Source: Bdellovibrionota bacterium
Lineage (GTDB): Bacteria; Bdellovibrionota_C; UBA2361; OMII01
Assembly (NCBI GenBank): GCA_044356215.1
Contig: JBIKWQ010000083.1
Coordinates: 1 to 12,933 of the forward strand
DNA length: 12,933 nucleotides
Reading direction: 5' to 3'
A program made the position numbers and the translations under genes. The notes beneath the pieces were generated by a model. The model saw nothing but the letters and a program-made list of their open reading frames with translations, did no database searches and was not told the origin of the DNA. The stretch's first letter is position 1; every line of letters starts with the position of its first letter. Below, piece by piece: positions 1 to 7,720 of this stretch.

Positions 1-15
1 CATAAAATGGCCGTT

Positions 16-42
16 CTCTGTGTCCTCTGCGTCCTCTGTGGT
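16..42. repeat. 9-nt periodic short tandem repeat (ctctgtgtc/ctctgcgtc/ctctgtggt)
   Basis: tctctgtgtcctctgcgtcctctgtggt read directly. The same CTCTGTG core occurs at 7434-7594 and inside the 146-bp units. Confidence 0.75.
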
Positions 43-101
43 GATAAAGAACTGCGATGCCCTAAAAAGTTAGCCGGAGGGTTTAGTAGGGGCTGAGGGG
101 G

Positions 102-110
102 TGGTAGAAT
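102..110 (+). promoter_or_regulatory. Putative extended -10 promoter (TGgTAGAAT) for ORF 117-695, possibly leaderless
   Basis: TG-N-TAGAAT ends 6 nt before the ATG at 117. No properly spaced Shine-Dalgarno sequence. Confidence 0.35.
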
Positions 111-116
111 TGGGGG

Positions 117-695
117 ATGACTAGCCTTCAAATCGACAGACCAGGTGCGCCAGACAACAACACTACACTCCGCTCAGAAGCTGCTGCTAAGTCCAACGGA
201 CACAGTAGCAAAGCTAGCAGACCGATGGTAGGCAGGGCGGCACATTCATCAACAGAGGACTCGGTATCTCCAGGATTAAGGGGTCCTCAGAACCTAAAAG
301 GAGAAATAAATGCCGATTTTGATTTAGCTCCTGTACCGCATTCCAAATATCAATTCCTCGAACCATTCCGGCAGATCTTAGTATCATTAAGTCTGGTTCG
401 GCCTCGGGGAGCAAACCCGCTAGCGTGGCGAATGCTTAAAGAGGTTAAACCAACAAATCATCCCGAAGATGTCTCTCAAATGAAATCTCAACAAGAAATC
501 CTAGCTATCAAATTAACAGGTAAGCTAACCGGAGCAAGTGCTGTCCATATAATGAGCAGGAACGGATTCATATTAGACTCTGCAATCAAACTAGACGACG
601 GCACTTGGGTCTTCAGCAAAGCCCGTGAGGGATACGAAAAAAAACGCTTCCATTCTTTTCCAGACAGAAAGGAACGATGGAAAGGTAAAAAATGA
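117..695 (+). CDS. Hypothetical protein (192 aa); likely disordered N-terminal third, no recognised domain
   Basis: Longest ORF in the interval, ATG start, plausible promoter. No family motif recognised. Confidence 0.55.
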   Translation: MTSLQIDRPGAPDNNTTLRSEAAAKSNGHSSKASRPMVGRAAHSSTEDSVSPGLRGPQNLKGEINADFDLAPVPHSKYQFLEPFRQILVSLSLVRPRGANPLAWRMLKEVKPTNHPEDVSQMKSQQEILAIKLTGKLTGASAVHIMSRNGFILDSAIKLDDGTWVFSKAREGYEKKRFHSFPDRKERWKGKK

Positions 696-730
696 GTCCC
701 TCCCCCTTAAAGCCCTGAAAGCGCATTAAG

Positions 731-1148
731 CCTCCCCCTCTCCGCCCTCTTTCTCTCTTTGTAAAATTCTCCCCTCAAGCAGCTACCTCGAAGCACCCAA
801 GCCTCCTGCCTCTGTGGTAAAATTTATAAACAACGAGACCAGCGAGAAAAACGAGAGCGAACAGCCAGCTCCAAGCCCTCCCCCTCGCCGCCCTCTTTCT
901 CTCTTTGTAAAATTCTCCCCTCAAGCAGCTACCTCAAAGCACCCAAGCCTCCTCCCTCTGTGTTAAAAAATTACTAACAACGAGATCAGCGAGAAAAAGA
1001 GAATTAACAGCCAACACCCAAACCCTCCCCCTCGCCGCCCTCTTTCTCTCTTTGTAAAATTCTCCCCTCATGCAGCCACCTCAAAGCACCCAAGCCTCCT
1101 ACCTCTGTGTTAAAAATTCCCAACATCAAGACCAGCGAGAAAAACGAG
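731..1148. repeat. Tandem array of three ~146-147-bp non-coding units (starts 731, 877, 1024; third unit truncated or diverged after ~125 bp)
   Basis: Each unit begins cctccccctc(t/g)ccgccctctttctctctttgtaaaattctcccctca. The first ~90 bp are near-identical and the last ~55 bp are more diverged but alignable (cagcgagaaaaa). Confidence 0.95.
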
Positions 1149-1282
1149 CTACCATACCCACCCCATGCGACATTTCGCCGCATTTACCCCGCGCATCTTC
1201 TTAGCTACAAATCCTCTATGAAACACAACAGCCCAACTAGCTATCCGCTAGCCAACTGATGTAACGTACCAGGATAAAAACT

Positions 1283-1729
1283 ATGAAAAAAATACTAGCA
1301 CTAACCCTCTTACTCACCCTCACCACCCTCACAGCATGCGGCGGCGGAGGATCAGGATCATCTGGAACAGTTATCGAAGGAACCCTGACACAGAAAGGCT
1401 CAGTTGTTCACTCGGAGAAAACAGCTAACATCGTCAACGCCAAGCACTCTGACGGCGAAAGGATAGGCGACGTTAAGGTCTGCATCCTGAACGAATGTTC
1501 CATCACTGATGACAACGGCCAATGGGGGGTTAATGTAAATGACTTTACAGGTGGAGACTTGCCCATCACTCTAGACGGCCACGGGATAAACGCCTCAACC
1601 AAGATCTCCCTTCCAGCTTCAGCCAAGGATGTCTCTGTGGACCTGGGCCGCAACGCCAACAACATCACCGTTGAAAAGCTAATGATTGATGGCGAGGACC
1701 ATACCGGACACGACCATTCTCACGAATAG
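1283..1729 (+). CDS. Lipoprotein with Gly/Ser linker, beta-rich (possibly carboxypeptidase-regulatory-like) domain and His-rich C-terminal tail
   Basis: MKK + hydrophobic stretch + lipobox LTAC, then GGGGSGSSG. Contains TDDNGQW; ends EDHTGHDHSHE. AGGA RBS upstream. Confidence 0.85.
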   Translation: MKKILALTLLLTLTTLTACGGGGSGSSGTVIEGTLTQKGSVVHSEKTANIVNAKHSDGERIGDVKVCILNECSITDDNGQWGVNVNDFTGGDLPITLDGHGINASTKISLPASAKDVSVDLGRNANNITVEKLMIDGEDHTGHDHSHE

Positions 1730-1735
1730 TTTCAT

Positions 1736-2743
1736 ATGAAGTTATTAGGTCGCTTGTTATTAACTGCTAGAATCGCCGCTGGCGCTGCCTTCTCACTGAC
1801 AGCGGCTCTAACAAACACTAGCTGGGCCTGCGACCCGTGTGGACTGCACAACGCAGTCCAGGTTCCCGGGGTCATAAATTCGATGCGCGCCACCGGCTTG
1901 CAGCCTGGCGCCGTCACCCTGGGAGCCCAACAACAGGTGAGCACCTTCAATGTTCGCGGAGAAAACGATCTCCGGACAACTAATACCGACCTAGAGTTAA
2001 TTAAATCCCTCTCTGTCACTCAATTATCATTGGGATACAACCTCAGTAGCTCGTTCGCCACTCAGATAAACACCCCATTCATAGTAAGGAACTACGACCG
2101 GTTTGAGCGCTTTCGGAAAGTAAACGACACCGAATCAGGCATCGGAGATATAAGCCTTTTAGGCACATATTCCCCATATTCATACACAGATGTAGATAGT
2201 CGCTTCTTTGTGGCCGCACAGAGCGGAATAAAGTTACCAACCGGCGATACAGGCTCACTGAAACGGGTCGCAAGTGAGGATCAAACAACCGCAGATCAAC
2301 GTATTCAGGGACGTGGCCTAACCTTAGGAACCGGCTCAGTCGATCTGCCGATTGAAATTGTAAGCTACGGCCGACTCGGACGCTTTGTCGGATTCGGCAC
2401 AGCGCAGTATACAGTTCGCGGTGAAGGTGCGGCCGATTATCGATTCGCCAGTGACTTGGTCTGGAGCGTCGCTCCAGGGTACCTATTTCTGATCGGAGAA
2501 GACGAGAGTCTTTCGCTATCTCTACTAGTATCAGGAGAGAACAAAGGCGATGACCGTTTAAATGGCGCTAGACTCTCAAAGACATCCTCAAACAACACCT
2601 ATGTAGGAGGCGAACTCTTTTATGCAGTAAGCACAAAAGGCTCGTTTCAGCTCGCGCTGGAGGTTCCAGTTTCACTAAACGTCGGAGGCGCCGCGGTGGA
2701 GCCTGAGCTGCGCGCTAGAATCGGGGCCGGCTGGAGTTTTTAG
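1736..2743 (+). CDS. Outer-membrane beta-barrel 'transporter' (MetA-pathway/phenol-degradation-like barrel) with N-terminal CxxC
   Basis: Signal peptide ending SWA followed by CDPCG. Motifs GIGDISL, GIKLPTG and LGTGSVD are typical of this barrel family. C-terminal aromatic beta-signal (IGAGWSF). Starts 6 nt after the lipoprotein stop, so likely one operon. Confidence 0.8.
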   Translation: MKLLGRLLLTARIAAGAAFSLTAALTNTSWACDPCGLHNAVQVPGVINSMRATGLQPGAVTLGAQQQVSTFNVRGENDLRTTNTDLELIKSLSVTQLSLGYNLSSSFATQINTPFIVRNYDRFERFRKVNDTESGIGDISLLGTYSPYSYTDVDSRFFVAAQSGIKLPTGDTGSLKRVASEDQTTADQRIQGRGLTLGTGSVDLPIEIVSYGRLGRFVGFGTAQYTVRGEGAADYRFASDLVWSVAPGYLFLIGEDESLSLSLLVSGENKGDDRLNGARLSKTSSNNTYVGGELFYAVSTKGSFQLALEVPVSLNVGGAAVEPELRARIGAGWSF

Positions 2744-3431
2744 CGGTCCTGGGCAGATCCCCCCGCTCGGTTACTTTTATGTTCCCCCTATCACCAGCAA
2801 CTATCTTCACGGGCCGAAGCCTGGCGACTAATCCGGCGTCATCAAGGGCAGTGATATTTTCGTCTTTTGCGTTTCTATGAGCTCTTAATAAATCTTTTAA
2901 GATAAATCCCTGTGGGGTCTGAACGGCATAAAGCCCAGCTCGATCAACATACTCGGATATCAACCCATCAGCCGCTGCACGACACACGGAATCACTAACT
3001 TTTACCGCCGCTGTTACAGCTCCGTGTTGGACGACTCCATCAAGAACAGCTTCGATCACCTCATTGCTTAAAAAACACCTCGCCGCGTCGTGAACCAATA
3101 CTTGCGAATCAGGGGAAACGCCTAGCTCATTAGCCAAATACTCAACACCAAGACACACCGACTCCTGCCTCGTCGCGCCACCAACAATCACCGAAACAGC
3201 GCGGACCCCTGAAAGCTCCTGACTAAACCTCTCACGCCAATCACCGGGCACACAAACAACTATCGCTGAGCACTCTCTATGCTTGGCAAATCGCTCGACA
3301 CTCCACCGCAAGATCGTCTTTGTGGCAGCAACTCCGCCATCGTCTGCCGAAATCTCTAGGAGAGTTTTAGGAATAGGCGCACTCATCCTGGTGCCGCTTC
3401 CAGCCGCAGGGATGACTACAACAAAACTCAT
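2715..3431 (-). CDS. ispD: 2-C-methyl-D-erythritol 4-phosphate cytidylyltransferase
   Basis: Motifs AAGSGTRM..PK, GGATRQESV, LVHDAAR, VQTPQGF, DDA, NIKVT. Directly downstream of carD, a well-known linkage. Confidence 0.95.
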   Translation of the reverse strand: MSFVVVIPAAGSGTRMSAPIPKTLLEISADDGGVAATKTILRWSVERFAKHRECSAIVVCVPGDWRERFSQELSGVRAVSVIVGGATRQESVCLGVEYLANELGVSPDSQVLVHDAARCFLSNEVIEAVLDGVVQHGAVTAAVKVSDSVCRAAADGLISEYVDRAGLYAVQTPQGFILKDLLRAHRNAKDENITALDDAGLVARLRPVKIVAGDRGNIKVTERGDLPRTAKNSSRPRF

Positions 3432-3447
3432 CGTAGGAACTCTTTTA

Positions 3448-4431
3448 CTACGCGAACAGAGCCCGCAGCTCGCCGACTACTTTGTCGTGTGGCCTAGCTT
3501 TAGCTATCGCTATCTCTGAAACCAGTAACGACTCAGCCATATCGAGCATCTTCTTCTCGCCGAATGAGAGCTCTTTGTCAGCGCTCAACACAAGAAGATC
3601 GCGAAGCACGATAGCGATCTCAAAAACGGATCCTGTCTTAATCTTCTGAGAGTACTCGCGGAAGCGTCTATTCCAGGTCTGTGTATCGATCTTAAAATCT
3701 CTGTCTTTCAGAATTGAGAAAACCTCATCGATCGCCTTCTTATCGACGATCTTGCGGAGCCCGTTAGCCACTGCCTGAGAAACAGGAACCATAACCTTCA
3801 TTCCGCTATCGAGGATCTTGATGTTGTATATGTGATGCTCCTGGCCGCCAAGAACGGTTGTGCGGATACCCTCAATCTCTCCGACTCCGTGTCCTGGATA
3901 AACTATCTTATCGCCACTCTTAAAATTAATAGCATTAGGGCTTAAACCCTGATCCATTACGGTCTTATCAACTCCAACCTTAGCGGCCGTTATCGTGGTG
4001 GTCGTTACGGCATCTACCGAAAATCTGCCGGTGATAACTTTCGCTCCTCCTATGCTCGGCTCAGAGCGACTAATCTTGGTTGCCGGAACCTTACTCATCT
4101 CCGCTACTTTAGTCTTTGTCTTGGTCACTAATGAGAGCGCCTTCTTGCTGGCCTTGAGGTTCACTACTTCCGCTGTTTTAACTAGCCGTGAATTACCCAA
4201 AGCCTCTGCAACAGAAACCTTTGCCGCAACGATTGCTCCTGACTTTAGCTGAGGGATGCTCTTTGAGGACTTGGCGCCACTGACTGCTGTTAATTTAGGC
4301 GTCGATGGAGAGGCTTTCCGAGTATCACTCTTTGGCCCGGCCTTCTTATCGAACCGAACTACCTTGTTCGTTGATTTAGTCTTAGTTGTTGATGTTTTCG
4401 ACGACTTGGAACCAGTAGATTTTGACTTCAA
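3448..4431 (-). CDS. carD: CarD/CdnL family RNA-polymerase-binding transcription factor with ~165-aa Lys/Ser/Thr-rich N-terminal extension
   Basis: CarD domain from about F170: FKSGDKIVYPGHGVGEI, MKVMVPV, GLR, TWNRRFREY (conserved Trp), LSFGEKKML. TTG start at 4431 preceded by GGAGG. A shorter start at M159 cannot be excluded. Confidence 0.9.
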   Translation of the reverse strand: MKSKSTGSKSSKTSTTKTKSTNKVVRFDKKAGPKSDTRKASPSTPKLTAVSGAKSSKSIPQLKSGAIVAAKVSVAEALGNSRLVKTAEVVNLKASKKALSLVTKTKTKVAEMSKVPATKISRSEPSIGGAKVITGRFSVDAVTTTTITAAKVGVDKTVMDQGLSPNAINFKSGDKIVYPGHGVGEIEGIRTTVLGGQEHHIYNIKILDSGMKVMVPVSQAVANGLRKIVDKKAIDEVFSILKDRDFKIDTQTWNRRFREYSQKIKTGSVFEIAIVLRDLLVLSADKELSFGEKKMLDMAESLLVSEIAIAKARPHDKVVGELRALFA

Positions 4432-4603
4432 GGCTTCTCCCCTCCATTGGGAATCAAGTGGGTATTGACGGCGACCGAAAAACGCGCAAGATTCCGGTTA
4501 ACTTTACCTTGCGATTTGGCGATCAATCCGTGGTCCTAAACCGTCCCCGGCAGTAACGTTCTCCGCAACGCCGCTTCGATTTATCCACCTCCACCGATAG
4601 GGG

Positions 4604-4633
4604 ATAATACCAAATTACACCCCACATCGTCAA
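4604..4633 (-). promoter_or_regulatory. Putative sigma70 promoter for carD-ispD
   Basis: Minus strand TTGACG-N18-TATTAT with TG of an extended -10. Confidence 0.55.
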
Positions 4634-4732
4634 ACAGGGGTAGGGCGTCTGGATATGGGGTATGTAGCTGTAAATATGGGGTGTTGGGGGGCCGAGGGGC
4701 TTCAACGCATAAAATTTATTTAAAATAGGGGG

Positions 4733-5809
4733 TCACCCTCTCCCTCCCCACACCCCAACCGCCTCTTTAAGTGACTCGCACTTATTTTGATCCATGAAAT
4801 TTATTAATCCCTGATTAAGCTCTTTAACAAAGCCTGGGCCGCCATAAACAAGTCCTGTATAAACCTGCACCATGTCCGCTCCTGCGGCCATCATTGATAA
4901 AACATCTTGAGCGCTGGAGATTCCTCCCACTCCTATAAAAGCCATCTTACCTCTAGTTCGCGCACCAATGAATTTTGCTACCTCAATTGCGCGCTTGAAT
5001 AATGGCCTACCGGATAAACCTCCCATCTCATTAATCTGAGTTTTTATTCCGTCCCTGGAGATCGTTGTATTTGTGGCAATTACCCCAGAAACCCCAGTAT
5101 CGGCACAGCATGCAATCGCCTCCTCAATCGCCTCAAAGGTAAGATCAGGCGCCAACTTCACAAAGAGTGGCTTCCGTTCAACATTGAGGCTCTGCAAGGC
5201 TCTTAAAAGCCCTTCTAACCGCTCACGTTCCTGTAGCTGGCGCAATCCGGGTGTGTTGGGAGATGAAACGTTTACCGTCACATAATCAACGTAAGGGAGC
5301 ACCTTCTTAAACGAGTAGGCGTAATCCTCTACTGCTTGGTCAATTTCAGTAACTTTAGATTTACCGATATTCATTCCTATCTTTGGTAAGACTAAAGCGC
5401 TGGCCCTGGCTCTTTTCAGCCGCTCAGCAATTACATCAGCTCCTTCAGATGGAAATCCCATCCTATTGATTAACGCCGCGTCTTCAACCAAACGAAATAT
5501 GCGTGGGCGCGGATTCCCAGCCTGCGCTTTGGCTGTAACTGTTCCAAGCTCGATATGCCCAAATCCAAGCGCGTTCCACAAACCCAGCATCTCAACATTC
5601 TTATCAAAGCCAGCGGCGAGTCCGACAGGATTCGAGAATCGCATTCCCGCGACCTCTAAGTGGAGCCGGGCATCATCAATCGCGAAAAAGCTCCGCATCG
5701 CTCGCGAGACTACGGAGATATTAACTGGTCTGCAGACAGCGCGCATAAAGTCGTGCGCGTTCTCAGGTTGCATACTGAACAGGACTGGTTTGATTAACAA
5801 CTTATACAT
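4733..5809 (-). CDS. pyrD: Quinone-dependent (class 2) dihydroorotate dehydrogenase
   Basis: Motifs PENAH, NPVGLAAGFDKN, GNPRPRIFRL, INRMGF, NIGKSK, VNVSSPNTPGLR, VKLAPD, ATNTT, GGLSG, IGVGGI, VQVYTG. Confidence 0.97.
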   Translation of the reverse strand: MYKLLIKPVLFSMQPENAHDFMRAVCRPVNISVVSRAMRSFFAIDDARLHLEVAGMRFSNPVGLAAGFDKNVEMLGLWNALGFGHIELGTVTAKAQAGNPRPRIFRLVEDAALINRMGFPSEGADVIAERLKRARASALVLPKIGMNIGKSKVTEIDQAVEDYAYSFKKVLPYVDYVTVNVSSPNTPGLRQLQERERLEGLLRALQSLNVERKPLFVKLAPDLTFEAIEEAIACCADTGVSGVIATNTTISRDGIKTQINEMGGLSGRPLFKRAIEVAKFIGARTRGKMAFIGVGGISSAQDVLSMMAAGADMVQVYTGLVYGGPGFVKELNQGLINFMDQNKCESLKEAVGVWGGRG

Positions 5810-6332
5810 CAGGCGTCTCCCCCCTTATTCTGACTAGATCAAGCCTCATCGTTATCGCATCCTCTGAATTATCTGAGTAGTAGTGCTTACGGATCCCGAC
5901 GCTTCTAAACCCGGCCGAGCGATAAAGCCTCTGGGCGGCTTCATTCGATACTCGAACCTGCAAGGTCAATACCCTTATGTTCTCAATTCGCGACACGCGC
6001 AACAGATCGTCTAACAAGGACCGCGCAAACCCTCGCCGCCTGTACTGCGCATCTATGCCAAAAGATACTATGTGCGCCTCGTCCATAACGAAATGCGCGA
6101 TCAGATATCCGACGAGGAGCTCATTTACAAATACCCCTCTGACCCGCGCCGCTGGATTGTTTAACTCCCCTTCAAAGAGCCGCTCTGACCAATGCTTAGG
6201 ATTCCACTGACTATCGATCTCGACCAGTCGGCTCAACCATAAAAGCGAAACCGGCGCCACCTGAGTTACCTCAGAGTGAACGCCGGTCTCGTTCTCTGGC
6301 GCACCTGCCCGCTTTGACTCGGGGAGCTCCAT
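5802..6332 (-). CDS. rimI: Ribosomal protein S18-alanine N-acetyltransferase (GNAT)
   Basis: Motifs WS..F..EL, DEAHI, YRRRGFAR, L(Q)VRVSNEAAQRLY..AGF..VGIRKHYY, EDAITM. The exact start may lie somewhat downstream. Confidence 0.9.
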   Translation of the reverse strand: MELPESKRAGAPENETGVHSEVTQVAPVSLLWLSRLVEIDSQWNPKHWSERLFEGELNNPAARVRGVFVNELLVGYLIAHFVMDEAHIVSFGIDAQYRRRGFARSLLDDLLRVSRIENIRVLTLQVRVSNEAAQRLYRSAGFRSVGIRKHYYSDNSEDAITMRLDLVRIRGETPDV

Positions 6333-6348
6333 CTATTTCACCAAAGAC

Positions 6349-6699
6349 TTACAGAGCAGCCTTGGCCTTCTCTGCCACTACGGCGAAGGAAGCTGGATCT
6401 GTGTAGGCCAACTCTGCCAACACCTTTCTGTCCAACTCAACCTGAGCCTTGCTTAAACCACGGATTAGAGCGCTGTAGCTCAAACCACTCATGCGAGCAG
6501 CTGCGTTGATACGAACGATCCAGAGACCACGGAAATCACGCTTCTTAGCGCGACGGTCACGGTATGCATACTGAAGAGCCTTCTCAACAGAGCGCTTTGC
6601 GAGCTTAAAACAGTCGCTGCGACGTCCACGGAAACCCTCTGCTAACTTCAAACGTCTCTTGTGACGACGGCGACTAGCGAATCCACCCTTAACTCTCAT
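6349..6699 (-). CDS. rplT: 50S ribosomal protein L20
   Basis: [56 protein letters not shown] upstream. Confidence 0.98.
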   Translation of the reverse strand: MRVKGGFASRRRHKRRLKLAEGFRGRRSDCFKLAKRSVEKALQYAYRDRRAKKRDFRGLWIVRINAAARMSGLSYSALIRGLSKAQVELDRKVLAELAYTDPASFAVVAEKAKAAL

Positions 6700-6752
6700 C
6701 TTAAACTCCCTGCTATCTCGAAACTCTTAAACTTAAAAACCGTATCGGGCTA

Positions 6753-6950
6753 TTAGCCGTACGGAAGCTGCCTACGAACCGCATTAGCATCTGTATCCGC
6801 TACTAACTTGTTTTTACGCAAGTTTCTGCGACGCTTCGGACCCTTTGTTGAGGTCTTGTGCGAGTGATGAGCTCCACCACGTTTAATCGTTCCCTTCTTG
6901 TTGATCGAGAACTTCTTAGCTGCTGTGCGATTTGTCTTTATCTTTGGCAT
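6753..6950 (-). CDS. rpmI: 50S ribosomal protein L35
   Basis: MPKIKTNRTAAKKF...KRRRNLR...LPYG. Start re-set to the ATG at 6950, behind AGGAG. Adjacent to rplT. Confidence 0.96.
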   Translation of the reverse strand: MPKIKTNRTAAKKFSINKKGTIKRGGAHHSHKTSTKGPKRRRNLRKNKLVADTDANAVRRQLPYG

Positions 6951-7078
6951 AAAACTCCTACGGAACGCCATTATTTACACTTTCCAGGCGCCTGGATCAA
7001 GGGCAGGACCCTAAAATTACCAGCCTTTTTGTCTTAAATGAGCTGCTTTTGGCTCATAACCATGCGGAACTATGGGAA

Positions 7079-7152
<74 letters not shown>

Positions 7153-7177
7153 TTAAATTCATTACTGACCGGGCGGA

Positions 7178-7206
7178 AGTATAGTCCACTTAGCCTGGGC
7201 GTTCAA
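7178..7206 (-). promoter_or_regulatory. sigma70 promoter of tRNA-Val with GC-rich discriminator
   Basis: TTGAAC-N17-TATACT followed by TCCGCCCGG, about 25 nt upstream of the tRNA. Confidence 0.75.
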
Positions 7207-7378
7207 GGAGTCGGCTGGCGATATCGCCTCCTCCTCCTTCCCCTACTCTTGCTCCCTGCTGGTCAATCCCTAAATAAAGTTTACATCAAATAAGCTATTT
7301 TTAGGTAAGGGGGCCACGGAGCGATGAATAGCTGTTACAGGGGAATAGCGATAACCAAGCCTAGGGCAAGCCCACACT

Positions 7379-7406
7379 AAGCGGCGCGGGAGCGCCGCGC
7401 TCCGAA
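7379..7406. repeat. REP-like GC-rich palindrome
   Basis: gcggcgc-ggga-gcgccgc is a perfect 7-bp stem with a GNRA loop (7381-7398), followed by gctccgaa. Confidence 0.45.
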
Positions 7407-7433
7407 AGATGCTACTTTAATCCTAGCCCCTGG

Positions 7434-7594
7434 GATCCTCTGTGTTCCTCTGTGTTTCCATTCTAGATGTTACGGATAGGGAGAAAACCACAGAGGTACA
7501 CAGAGGATCACAGAGGATCACAGAGGTTATAACCCAAAGAGTCAGCCAGGCCACGATTAAATTATATTCCCCCCTCTGTGTTCCTCTGTGGTTT
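7434..7594. repeat. 10-nt periodic CACAGAGG(A/T) block (4 copies) flanked on both sides by complementary CCTCTGTG blocks
   Basis: 7434-7454 gatcctctgtgttcctctgtg; 7489-7526 cacagaggta cacagaggat cacagaggat cacagagg; 7573-7594 cctctgtgttcctctgtggttt. Confidence 0.85.
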
Positions 7595-7636
7595 CCTCTT
7601 CCCTTGAGCCTGTAGAACTATCTTAGAATAAATTCT

Positions 7637-7720
7637 ACATCGAGGTCGCGGAGGGCCACGGAGATTTAACTTTGCTTATTTCACCTATCTGAACAGGAGG
7701 AGATAGGTGCAGGTGCAGGA
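7637..7720. repeat. Dispersed repeat module copy 1 (cggagggccacggagattt...cacctatct...agataggtg)
   Basis: Near-identical copies at 12431-12512 and 12700-12785. Confidence 0.9.

Noticed and set aside
731..1148. CRISPR array interpretation of the tandem units
   Set aside because: The conserved part is about 90 bp, the 'spacers' are homologous to each other, and no cas genes are present.
1250..1280. Zur/Fur-type operator upstream of the lipoprotein-barrel operon
   Set aside because: gatgtaacgtacc is only weakly palindromic and does not convincingly match known boxes.
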